A stretch of DNA of 64,000 nt from Terriglobia bacterium (GTDB taxonomy: Bacteria; Acidobacteriota; Terriglobia; 20CM-2-55-15). Shown one piece after another: positions 28,142 to 36,955 of the stretch. A program made the translations under genes and the position numbers. The stretch lies in the NCBI GenBank assembly GCA_963664115.2, contig CAXWPJ010000009.1, positions 512,001 to 576,000 of the forward strand, read 5' to 3'. Position 1 is the stretch's first letter. Each line of letters opens with the position of its first letter. The notes under the pieces were generated by a model. It was not told where the DNA came from, ran no database searches, and saw nothing but the letters and a program-made list of their open reading frames with translations.

Positions 28142-29985
28142 GCCCAAAACAAGCGCATAACCAGTCCGCCGAGGCCCAGTTCGCGCCGATAGAATTCGAG
28201 GCATAGAATCCCGTTCCCGGATGGCCTGTTCCAGGTATCGAGTTTCTGTTGAATCTGTTTCAGTTCAGCCTCGCTGGTGTTGGACGGTTGACAGAAACCG
28301 GGACCTCGATCGCCCGGGCTCAGAGTCATGATCGGGTCAACATCGCAGAGGCTGACGCAACACATCCACCCCGCGGAACAAGACCGGCAACCACCGGTTC
28401 CAGGCCAGGATCCGGAACAGAATGCGCCGCCCGGTGCGCACGAGTTGGCACGGCACAAGCATGAAAGCGTTCAAGAAGGTTTTGAACTCCATGCGCAGCA
28501 CGGTTTGCTTCTCAGCCTGATATTTTTGGCCCCAACGTCCGGTTTCGGGAAGCAGCAATGCAAACCACGCTTTCAGTGTCCAGGCCAGTGACGCGATCAC
28601 CATGTAGGCCCAGTTGCTGGTCTGATCTCCGACCGGCATCCGCAACGCCTGAACGCCGTTCTTCAACTGCTCAATGAGATTCTCCTGATTGCACCGTTGA
28701 TTGGCACGCATCACAATCTGGTCGGCCGGATCCGAACGGTTGGTAATGTAGAAGAAGTACCGGATGTCGTCAAACAACACCTGCTCTCCTTTGGCCACCG
28801 ACAGATTCTTCCGCACCACGACGACACGGTAGTCCCGATCGCAGGCTCCGGGTCGATACCGAAACTCGGCCACATCCTCACCCTGCAAGCGGATATTGTC
28901 GAAACCGCGCTGCCGAACGATCTCTTCCTTCACGTTGTCGGGACGTTGGCGCGGTTCGGTCGCCACGTCGTATTTCGCGGGCCGTTCCAGGCGCTTCCAC
29001 TGGCGCGGCTCCAGTTCATCGGCCCGGGCCTTCAGGTTCGCCATCGCGTCAATCCCGAATATGAAACCCACCTGCTGGTCGTCCCATCCGTCCAGATGCC
29101 GGGTCTGGCTGAAGTCCGTGTCCCCGCGCAGCAGGATCTGGCGAAACCCCGCATGCCGGCACAATGCGATGGCTTGGTCGAACCGGACCGCGGCTCCTTC
29201 ATGCGACGGCCGGTTGCCGCTACGATTGACCAGATACAGCGGTTCGGCGGTGTTGGCCAGCGAGATCATCAGCGGGTGATATCCCCACGTCCCGTCGTAG
29301 GCCACGTCCATCCCTTGCTTGCATTCCCCCGTGGTTTCGGCCAGTGTCCCGTCCGCGTCCAACACCGCTTCTTCGAAAAACGCCGCCGGTTGCTGTCGCC
29401 AGACTCCGAGCCGGACTTGATTGGTTGCCTCCATCAGACACTCCACGTCGTCGGCCTCGAATCTCCGGCAGAAGTCTCCCGCCGTCGTCGGATCCGGAAT
29501 CCGTTGCGCTCCCAGCGCATCCAGATACACCGCATCGTTGCGCCGCAGTTCGATGTCTTCCAGGCACGTTCCTCCGCTCAAGGCGTTGTAGGCGATGTTC
29601 AGCACGTGATCCGACTCGTGATACGGCAGGTGCCGCTTCAACACATGCACGCCCTTGTCGATGGCTTCGATCAGCCCGGTCCGCCGCGCCACCAGTTGCA
29701 TCGTCCCGATACCACCAACCGATGTGCCCCGCGTCCGCTCTCCCATCTCGTACTGAATGTTGCTCGCCGAAAACATCGGCTCTACCTGATCCGTCCAATG
29801 CCGGTCCCCAAGCCGACGTTCGATTCGCCGCTTGCGGTTCCTCATGTTCTTGCGCGTATAATCGTTCATCTGAAATGCCTCCTTTTCCGAAGAATCTGTT
29901 CAAGGTTTTTTTCGCACGGAGAGGGGGCATTTCGGGTACTTCCGCTCTTATTGCACTATCATTTCCTCGTCAATCACGCCAGGGT
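28142..29985 (-). mobile_element. IS1380-family element, copy 2, nested in transposon A
   Basis: CTAG on both flanks; near-identical to copy 1; right IR lacks 5 bp (TTGTT). Confidence 0.92.
28337..29869 (-). CDS. IS1380-family DDE transposase
   Basis: Same 510-aa translation as 8514-10046. Confidence 0.92.
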   Translation of the reverse strand: MNDYTRKNMRNRKRRIERRLGDRHWTDQVEPMFSASNIQYEMGERTRGTSVGGIGTMQLVARRTGLIEAIDKGVHVLKRHLPYHESDHVLNIAYNALSGGTCLEDIELRRNDAVYLDALGAQRIPDPTTAGDFCRRFEADDVECLMEATNQVRLGVWRQQPAAFFEEAVLDADGTLAETTGECKQGMDVAYDGTWGYHPLMISLANTAEPLYLVNRSGNRPSHEGAAVRFDQAIALCRHAGFRQILLRGDTDFSQTRHLDGWDDQQVGFIFGIDAMANLKARADELEPRQWKRLERPAKYDVATEPRQRPDNVKEEIVRQRGFDNIRLQGEDVAEFRYRPGACDRDYRVVVVRKNLSVAKGEQVLFDDIRYFFYITNRSDPADQIVMRANQRCNQENLIEQLKNGVQALRMPVGDQTSNWAYMVIASLAWTLKAWFALLLPETGRWGQKYQAEKQTVLRMEFKTFLNAFMLVPCQLVRTGRRILFRILAWNRWLPVLFRGVDVLRQPLRC

Positions 29986-30085
29986 CTAGGTTGACTCTTC
30001 CGTTGGGCAGATCGTTGTTTTGTTGGGCAAATTGCTCCCGTTAGGCAAAGCCGAATCCGCTGGCTTTGCCCGAAAAGTAAATAAG

Positions 30086-31303
30086 TCAGGCTTTTATTCG
30101 GGCAGCCGGGGTTTCTGCCCAGAAAATCGGCTCGACCCCTAGTTCGTGAGCTTCATGAATCAGGACTACAAGATTGTGACAAAGAATCTTGCACAGTGCT
30201 TCGTTGACCAGTGCGCGGTCGGTCTTCGACCGAAGCGAGTCTCCGAACTTCGCCTTAATCATGTGGAACGTGGTTTCGACGTTCGAGCGCTTGTGATAGT
30301 GCTCCAGAAACTCGTCGCGCTTCAACTGGAAGTAGTAGTACATGTCGTTCCAGACCTTGCTGCCGTTCCTGGCTGGCTGTTGGTCTTGAGCGCATGAATT
30401 GGCTCCAGCATTAGTCACCTTCTGCACGTTGTTCGCACTCAGGTAAGCTTGTCAGCGGAAACCTCACGCATCGTGAAGTTCTTGACGTAGATTCCAGCAT
30501 GTCGGGCAGCAACGGTGCATCGTGGGCCTCGCGGCCTCGGATCTCGACGGCTGTAACGATGTTGGTTTTGACGCCGCACATGATGTGGACCTTCACCCAG
30601 ATTCGCTTGAACCGATCGGCCGTGCTTGTGATCGAACCACCTCTCGAATCGGCAGGTGGAGAAGCCGGATGTCCACGGCGAAATCGCGCTCAACCGATTT
30701 CAGAGGAAGGCTCGACTCCGTAATCAGGTTCTCGAGAATCTGAGTCAACCCTGGGTTGTCCATCAAGCCGAAGATCGAGTTGTAGTGGGGAAGTTGGTTC
30801 AGAAACCCCGAAGCTTTGGCATTCCGAAGATCGCTCATGAACCGGCGACCGGAAACGGTCGAGTACCTTGAACGTTGCCGCAAATACCGAATCGGAAATC
30901 GGCAGCGCCGGTCGCCCGCGGCCTGTCCGCTTCGGCTGCTTCAATCCCTGACACAGGCCCCAGAGAAGCATCTGAAACTCGTCCTTCTCGTTGGTTTGCG
31001 CCGCGTTGTAGGCCGTCCAGTCCTGCTTGTAGGTTGGTCTCTTGGTAGCGTAGATGGCCTCTGTGACCTTTGGTCTGTGAGTCGGGCTTTCCTGTTGCAC
31101 TCTGAAGAACTCGACCGCCATGACATGCTTGCACGGCTGTCGGCGCTTCTCCCAGGCAGGTGCAGTGGGAGTTTTGGCCGAGGATCGTGACCGAATAGCG
31201 TCCAGTACCGTACTGCGAAGGAACCAGCCAGCGGCATGCGCCTGGGACTGATACGGAACTTATCCGCGATTTCGAGTGCGCGTTGTTTTCTGGGATTGTC
31301 CAC
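30086..31303 (-). pseudogene. SWIM+DDE transposase paralogue with multiple frameshifts
   Basis: Fragments WLVPSQYGTGRYSVTILG..SHCTCL, YNAAQTNEKDEF, VSGRRFMSDLR, FERWFDHK, HIMCGVKTNIVTAVE, YHKRSNVETTFHMIKAKFGD match 24389-25639. Confidence 0.9.
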
Positions 31304-31439
31304 GGTAGGTCTCCATACTTGATTCGCAAGGGCCGTGGACCTAAAATTGAGGTTGCTGGCCTGTACGGGTGTCACGAGCACCTTGCAGGTTTGTGGTCGC
31401 GCCGGATGCGCCAACATCCGGCGCGGCTATCTACAGGTT

Positions 31440-31527
31440 TGGCGGCGGGTGTGGGAATCGAACCCACGAGCCCCGAGGGACTACCCGGTTGTAAGCCGGG
31501 TCCGATAGACCTCTCTGGCAACCCGCC
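31440..31527 (-). tRNA. Class II (long variable arm) tRNA with anticodon TAC (Val) and a Ser-type body
   Basis: GGCGGGT-TG-CCAGAGAGGTCTATCGG-A-CCCGG-CTTACAA-CCGGG-TAGTCCCTCGGGGCTC-GTGGG-TTCGATT-CCCAC-ACCCGCC-G-CCA. Confidence 0.9.
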
Positions 31528-31546
31528 GTTAAACTCATTTCACTTC

Positions 31547-31951
31547 TCAGAACGGAAAGTCGTCGTCAGTGGCTTCCTTCACTATCCACTGGTAAAGAGT
31601 CTTGCCGGCTCTTTCGACTGGTTTGACCTCTCCCTGATCTTCCAGCCGTTTCAGCGTGGTGTGGATGACTGCAAGGGCGTTCTTGTATTTGTTGAGCGGA
31701 AACTCGCTGCTCTGCAGATGCCAAACGGTTGTGCTTGCAAGTAGGCTCTCTTTGAGCACCTCACGGATAGCATCAGTGATTGTCTCTTCTTCAAGGTCTT
31801 CACCTATGAGGCGCTCAGGCTGAGAACCGTCTTTCGCAAATCGCTTCGCTCCTGGTTTCTACAAGCCGAGCTGAGACTCTTCGTTCAGGAGTTCGTCGAG
31901 TTCAGATCTTGCGCCATCAAGTGTCTCTTCGTAATTGCGGTTGGCAGTCAT
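31547..31951 (-). CDS. Coiled-coil + winged-helix-like protein, apparently frameshifted
   Basis: MTANRNYEETLDGARSELDELL...ITDAIREVLKE...NALAVIHTTLKRLEDQGEV...GKTLYQW. Confidence 0.55.
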
Positions 31952-31970
31952 TATTTACATGGAATTTTAT

Positions 31971-32189
31971 ATGTCTGATACGAAAAAGTCAATGGAGGTT
32001 TTACATGGAGAATTACTTTTAAATCGTAATGTGTGTAAATGGAAGCAAGCCATTGAAGATGCAGAATTTATTGTTTTGGAACACCAAAGGAAAATTCGCG
32101 CATTAAGGCGGGCAATCCGTGTTTTTCGGGAAAATGCCGAAGAAGGAACTCCGTTGAGCGACCCGTTGGGCAGAAGCGCTAATCGTTAG
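31971..32189 (+). CDS. Small hypothetical coiled-coil protein at the right end of transposon B
   Basis: WKQAIEDAE...QRKIRALRRAIRVFRENAEEGTP; stop lies within the end repeats. Confidence 0.45.
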   Translation: MSDTKKSMEVLHGELLLNRNVCKWKQAIEDAEFIVLEHQRKIRALRRAIRVFRENAEEGTPLSDPLGRSANR

Positions 32190-32673
32190 GCAAATGGTTC
32201 CCGTTGGGCAAAGCCGAATCCGCTATGACGGACAACTTCTATGGATTTCGGTATTTCCTGCACCGCCGAGTCGGATAAACCACACATTTGATTGATAAAC
32301 TGATTTGGTATGGGATGTGCTCATTAAGGGCTGGGATGGCGACGAACCCGTTTGGCTGGTTAGCCAGGGAAGGCGTTCCGACACTCGGAGTCAGCATTTG
32401 AAGACGGGATGAGATGGGATGAAGATGATTGGAGGAGAGGGTGAGTGGGATGGTGGAGGCCTGATCAACTTATTCTCTCCCTTGTAGTTTATTAGCTAGA
32501 CCTGCCTTTTAGACCGGAATCTCAGTCCGGTCGGTTTCAGCAGATTCTTTAACAAACGCTTGCTGGCCTGCAATATAGTGTGTCGGTGGACGGCGCGCGA
32601 ATTCCGCAAGCGAAAGTCGCCCCGGCTTCCGTGGGGCATGTCCGCATGCAGCCAGTCAAACCCAGTTGAACGC

Positions 32674-32700
32674 GTAACTTCTTTGGAATCCGGGACGTAA
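32674..32700 (+). promoter_or_regulatory. ECF-type promoter, putatively autoregulatory
   Basis: GTAACT-N16-CGTAA directly upstream of the ECF sigma reading frame. Confidence 0.6.
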
Positions 32701-32707
32701 TATATTA

Positions 32708-33265
32708 ATAGAGATTGATCGCGAGCTTGTCGTTCGGGCAAAGCGTGGCGAAATCCAAGCGCATGAAGAACTTGTCGCCCAGCTAGCGCCTATGGTCTTT
32801 CGCTTGGCGGGCCGATTCTTTCGCTCCCGGGAGGACGTCGAAGATCTCTCTCAGGAGGCGTTTATCCGATTCTTCGATAAGATCGACCGGGTTCGCCCCG
32901 ACGACAACGTAGCCGGTTGGGTTTCCAGAGTGACGATCAACGTTTGTTACGATCGCCTCAGGAAGTTGCGGCGCGAGAAGCTGGCCTTTGAAGAGTACCG
33001 GGGCCAGCCGTCTCCTCCGAGCGCACCCGGGCCCGGCGACTACGAATGGGTGTGGTCTGCGGTTAATACACTGGATGCCAAGCTGCGGATACCTCTGCTA
33101 TTGAAGGAGGTCGAAGAGTTGTCAATCAAGGAAATCTCCGACATAATGGGCCTCAGTATTTCAAACGTCAAAATTCGCTTGTATCGTGCCCGTAAGAAAC
33201 TCGCAGTTATGCTGGGAGATCAGATTGTGGGTCCGATATCTTCAGCCCCGGAGCGTTCATCTTGA
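32708..33265 (+). CDS. ECF RNA polymerase sigma factor (frame extended upstream of ATG 32792)
   Basis: DRELVVRAKRGE, EDLSQEAF, WVSRVTINVCYDRLR, EISDIMGLSISNVKIRLYRAR. Confidence 0.92.
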   Translation: MEIDRELVVRAKRGEIQAHEELVAQLAPMVFRLAGRFFRSREDVEDLSQEAFIRFFDKIDRVRPDDNVAGWVSRVTINVCYDRLRKLRREKLAFEEYRGQPSPPSAPGPGDYEWVWSAVNTLDAKLRIPLLLKEVEELSIKEISDIMGLSISNVKIRLYRARKKLAVMLGDQIVGPISSAPERSS

Positions 33266-33609
33266 ATGAATTTCTTCCAAAAGGGTTTGTCGATCGTGAA
33301 CGTCGCCGCGCTTTCATCCCCGACGCGGATTTCGCGAAGCGCGTTGTCGCCGAGATCCGACCGGTAAACCAGTCGGCGGCTGCGGTTTGGGACTCTGTGC
33401 CGAGTTTCGCCCGTCCGATGATCGCCGTCATAACGTGCGTCCTGCTGATCATTCTCGGTGTTCAGGTGTTCCTGCCACAGTCACCCGAGGTCGGGATCAT
33501 CGACGCCTATCTGGAAATGGATCAGGGGCCCGCAGACCAGTGGCTTTATCGAAACGCCGAGCTGCCTGAAGGGCGCGATCTACTGGTTGAGATCAGCCTC
33601 GCGGAGTAA
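33262..33609 (+). CDS. Putative membrane anti-sigma factor
   Basis: Overlaps the sigma stop; PDADFAKRVVA followed by one TM. Confidence 0.6.
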   Translation: MNEFLPKGFVDRERRRAFIPDADFAKRVVAEIRPVNQSAAAVWDSVPSFARPMIAVITCVLLIILGVQVFLPQSPEVGIIDAYLEMDQGPADQWLYRNAELPEGRDLLVEISLAE

Positions 33610-33646
33610 TGCCGAGTAGTACTCGAGGACTAATAGTGGAGTAGCG

Positions 33647-34012
33647 ATGAAACGAACTGTACAAGCAAAAGTGTTGATTCTGGCTGTTTTCGTCGTTGGC
33701 CTTCTAACGGGTGCCATTCTGATGGACGTCTATGAGACGCGTGTTTTTAGCAGCGACGAGCGCGATCAGCGCGGCGTCTCCTATGTCGAGTATCTTCAGT
33801 TGACCGAAGAACAGGAAGCAGGCGTCGAAGTCATACTCGAAGGCACGCGCGAAGGCTTTCGTGAGCTGCGCAGGCAGACTCGACCGTTGTATGATCAGTT
33901 GAGCGAGAACACTCAAAACCAGATTCGGGAGTTATTGACCGAACCCCAACAGGTGCTCTATAGCGAGTGGATCGAAGACCTCCGCCGACGGCGAGGTCGG
34001 GACCGGGAATAG
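33647..34012 (+). CDS. Periplasmic Spy/CpxP-like helical protein
   Basis: N-terminal TM; LQLTEEQ and ELLTEPQ (LTxxQ) motifs. Confidence 0.7.
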   Translation: MKRTVQAKVLILAVFVVGLLTGAILMDVYETRVFSSDERDQRGVSYVEYLQLTEEQEAGVEVILEGTREGFRELRRQTRPLYDQLSENTQNQIRELLTEPQQVLYSEWIEDLRRRRGRDRE

Positions 34013-34211
34013 GCGTATCACATAGAGTTTTATTCCGGATGAAGAGGCGCGGATCCATCGGCGGGTTCCGCGCCATTTTTGTGACTAATATGTGTCTATA
34101 ATAACCGGTCAGGTAAGGGCCGGACACCTCCGTAGCGAGCCCTTTCAACAGCAGGTGCGGTCTGTATATGAGAAGACCCACGACCGACAGTTTCTGTGCC
34201 TTAATCGCCCT

Positions 34212-35447
34212 ATGGACTATTTCGAATACCACGATGACGTGCTGGCTTGCGAGGGCGTCGGGCTCGAAGCGATCGCTGAATCCGTAGGCACCCCGGTCTA
34301 CGTTTACAGTCAGGCGACGCTCCGGCGTCACGTGAACGTTCTTGACGCGGCCTTCGGTAAGACACCGCATCGCTTGTGTTACGCAGTCAAGGCAAATTCC
34401 AACTTGACCCTTCTAAGACGATTCGTGGAATGGGGAACCGGCTTTGAAGTCGTATCCGGAGGTGAGTTGTTTCGCGTGCTCGAGGCTGGCGCTTCGCCCT
34501 ATAGTGTCATTCTTTCGGGCGTCGGGAAGACACGGGATGAAATTCGTCATGCTTTGGATGCGGGCGTTCTTTTTCTGAGTGTCGAATCCCAACCGGAACT
34601 GGAGTTGATTTCAGAGATAGCCGTCGCGACCGGATGCTCCGCGCGCGTCGTTTTTCGAATTAATCCCGATGTGGACCCACGCACGCATCCGTACATATCG
34701 ACGGGCCTCAAACGAAACAAGTTCGGGATCAGTCTTTCCGATGCCTCTTCCGTCATTCATGCCGGAACCTCGTTGCCAGGTGTAACCATTGTGGGTATCG
34801 GTTGTCATATCGGCTCTCAGATCACGGAACTGGATCCGTTCGAAGAAGCGATTGCAGGCATCGTCGACCTGGCCCGTGATCTTGTCCGTCAGGGAATCGC
34901 TCTCGAGTATCTGGATGTAGGTGGGGGTCTCGGGATTTCGTATGACGCTGAGGAGCCGCCTTCGTTGGAAGCCTATGCCAGAACGGTTCGCAGCGTCAGC
35001 GAGGACCTCGGCTTGACCCTCATCCTGGAACCGGGACGTGTCATAGCGGGAAATGCAGGTATTCTGCTCTGCCGTGTGATCCGTAAAAAGACGCACGGAG
35101 ACAAACGTTTCGTGATTGTCGATGCGGGGATGAACGATCTGATCCGTCCCGCGCTCTACGATTCCTTTCACCGACTGATGCCGGTGCGCCCGAGAGAAGG
35201 AAAGGAAATCGTCGATGTCGTCGGTCCGATTTGCGAATCTGCGGATTTCATCGCACAGGATCGCGAAGTAAATTGTTTGGAGTCCGGTGATCTCGTGGCG
35301 GTCATGTCCGCCGGTGCCTATGGCTTTAGTCTGGCATCGAACTACAACTCGCGTCCCCGTCCTGCGGAGGTTCTCGTTGACGGTGACAGCTTTTCTGTCG
35401 TCCGTCGCCGCGAAACCTATGAAGATTTAATTCGTCTGGAAAGGTAG
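34212..35447 (+). CDS. lysA: Diaminopimelate decarboxylase
   Basis: GTPVYVYS, YAVKAN, HPYISTG..NKFG, HIGSQ, EPGR, GPICESAD, GAYG...SNYNSR. Confidence 0.97.
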   Translation: MDYFEYHDDVLACEGVGLEAIAESVGTPVYVYSQATLRRHVNVLDAAFGKTPHRLCYAVKANSNLTLLRRFVEWGTGFEVVSGGELFRVLEAGASPYSVILSGVGKTRDEIRHALDAGVLFLSVESQPELELISEIAVATGCSARVVFRINPDVDPRTHPYISTGLKRNKFGISLSDASSVIHAGTSLPGVTIVGIGCHIGSQITELDPFEEAIAGIVDLARDLVRQGIALEYLDVGGGLGISYDAEEPPSLEAYARTVRSVSEDLGLTLILEPGRVIAGNAGILLCRVIRKKTHGDKRFVIVDAGMNDLIRPALYDSFHRLMPVRPREGKEIVDVVGPICESADFIAQDREVNCLESGDLVAVMSAGAYGFSLASNYNSRPRPAEVLVDGDSFSVVRRRETYEDLIRLER

Positions 35448-35804
35448 ATGCAAACTAGACGCTAAGCAGACGACAAGAGGAGCGGAAGCCCCGGAATCGG
35501 AATCGTCGTCGACGGGAATTGAGTGAGAGCGCGTGTGGCGAGCTCACTTGGAAGTTCGAGACGTAAGATTTCGCTCGGTCGTTCAAACGGCCATCCTGGC
35601 CGAACGACCGGCGACCCTCACCATCATCCTGATGGCGAGGCCTATAGGGATCAACGGAATGTTCTTGGCCCTGGTCTTAGAATAACCCGCAGCGTTCCTC
35701 GCTGGGGGTGGACCCGGAGGCGGAGCCGGAGCGTTCCAGAAAAAGCTGCGCAGCCGAGGCGTCAGAGTAAGCAGATGATTGGATCGGCAAGACTAAACTA
35801 TCTA

Positions 35805-36955
35805 GTGGTCCCCGTTAAACAGACTGTAACTTATCAAGATTTCGCCGGCCGCGCTGGACTTTAGCAAGGATGTCGGAAGCCGTTGCAGTCCAGATGAAGG
35901 GTTTCGGGTCTTCATTGTGACGAGCGAGGTAGTCCTCCACGGCCTGGATCAACTCGGGGACCGAGCGGAAAACGCCACGCCGGAGTCGTTGCTCGGACAG
36001 ATCCCGGAAAAAGCGCTCGACCATGTTGAGCCACGACGCACTGGTTGGCGTGAAGTGCACATGAAAACGCTTGTTACGCTTGAGCCAGTTGACGACTTTC
36101 TGATGTTTGTGAGTCGCATAGTTGTCGCAAATAATGTGGATCTCCTTATCTTTCGGCATGGCGCGTTTGATCTGATTCAGAAACCGGATCCATTCCTGAT
36201 GGCGATGCTTTGGCATGCAGGTTCCGATGACCGAACCGTCCAGGATGTTGAGCGCGGCGAAAAGCGTGGTTGTCCCGTTACGTTTGTAATCGTGGGTCAT
36301 GGTGCCACACCGCCCCTTCTTCAGAGGTAACCCGGGTTGCGTGCGGTCCAGGGCCTGCATCTGGCTCTTCTCATCGCAGGACAAGACAATGGCGTTTTCC
36401 GGTGGGCTCAGATACAGACCGACCACATCCTCCAGCTTTTCGGCGAATCGTTTGTCGTTGGATAGTTTGAAGGTTCGTGACAGATGAGGCTTCAGTCCAT
36501 GGACCCGCCAGATTTTCCCGACCGTGGACTCGCTCACGCCAACGGCCTTCGCCATCGAGGCCCGACTCCAGTGCGTCGCGTTCGGGGGCTTCTCTTCCAG
36601 TGTCTTCTTGACGATCCGGGCTCGCTTCCGGCGACTGATCGTGGGAATCCGTCCGCTTCGCGGCGCATCCTTTTCGATCCCAGCCAAGCCCTGTTCCACA
36701 AAACGATTGCGCCAGCGGCCCGCTTTCTGGCGCGTGATCTCCAAGCGGGCGGCGATCTCATAATTGTTCCGACCTTCAGCGGCCAGTAATACAATTCGGG
36801 ATCGTTCCGCCAACCGGACCGATGTACTCCGGCTTCGACTCAGTCGCTCCAACTCCATCCGCTGCTTGTCATCCAATTCAATGGTCGGTGCTTTCCTCAT
36901 TCTCTATTGGACGTTGGAAAGCTATTTTAGTTACATTACTTCGAGCGGGGTACAC
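35805..36955 (-). mobile_element. IS630-family element
   Basis: TA duplication within CTAG; IRs GTGGTCCCCG / GTGTACCCCG(rc). Confidence 0.9.
35815..36900 (-). CDS. IS630-family transposase
   Basis: SCDEKSQ, HDYKRNGT, ICDNYATHK, SASWLNMVERFF. Confidence 0.95.
   Translation of the reverse strand: MRKAPTIELDDKQRMELERLSRSRSTSVRLAERSRIVLLAAEGRNNYEIAARLEITRQKAGRWRNRFVEQGLAGIEKDAPRSGRIPTISRRKRARIVKKTLEEKPPNATHWSRASMAKAVGVSESTVGKIWRVHGLKPHLSRTFKLSNDKRFAEKLEDVVGLYLSPPENAIVLSCDEKSQMQALDRTQPGLPLKKGRCGTMTHDYKRNGTTTLFAALNILDGSVIGTCMPKHRHQEWIRFLNQIKRAMPKDKEIHIICDNYATHKHQKVVNWLKRNKRFHVHFTPTSASWLNMVERFFRDLSEQRLRRGVFRSVPELIQAVEDYLARHNEDPKPFIWTATASDILAKVQRGRRNLDKLQSV

Larger units (their letters stand above)
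23492..30052 (-). mobile_element. Cargo transposon A (IS5 family, IS903-like ends)
   Basis: 17-bp perfect IR GGCTTTGCCTAACGGGA; 9-bp DR GAATCCGCT at 23483-23491 and 30053-30061; subterminal CGTT(A/G)GGCA repeats. Confidence 0.92.
30062..32215 (-). mobile_element. Cargo transposon B (same family as A)
   Basis: Ends GGCTTTGCCC / GGGCAAAGCC; DR GAATCCGCT at 30053-30061 and 32216-32224; three CGTT(A/G)GGCA repeats at the right end. Confidence 0.9.

Noticed and set aside
31440-31527. Selenocysteine/pyrrolysine tRNA or an integration att site
   Set aside because: Anticodon is not UCA or CUA, the fold is 7/5, and it lies internal to the element with no duplicated 3' end
30086-31951. Transposon B as an ancient decayed element
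   Set aside because: Ends, target duplication and tRNA stems are intact while the damage is mainly small deletions; decay cannot be separated from low-coverage errors
35450-35804. C-terminal remainder of the IS630-truncated gene
   Set aside because: The in-frame continuation (LDSLVLPIQSS...) does not resemble the repeat module; an adjacent deletion is more likely
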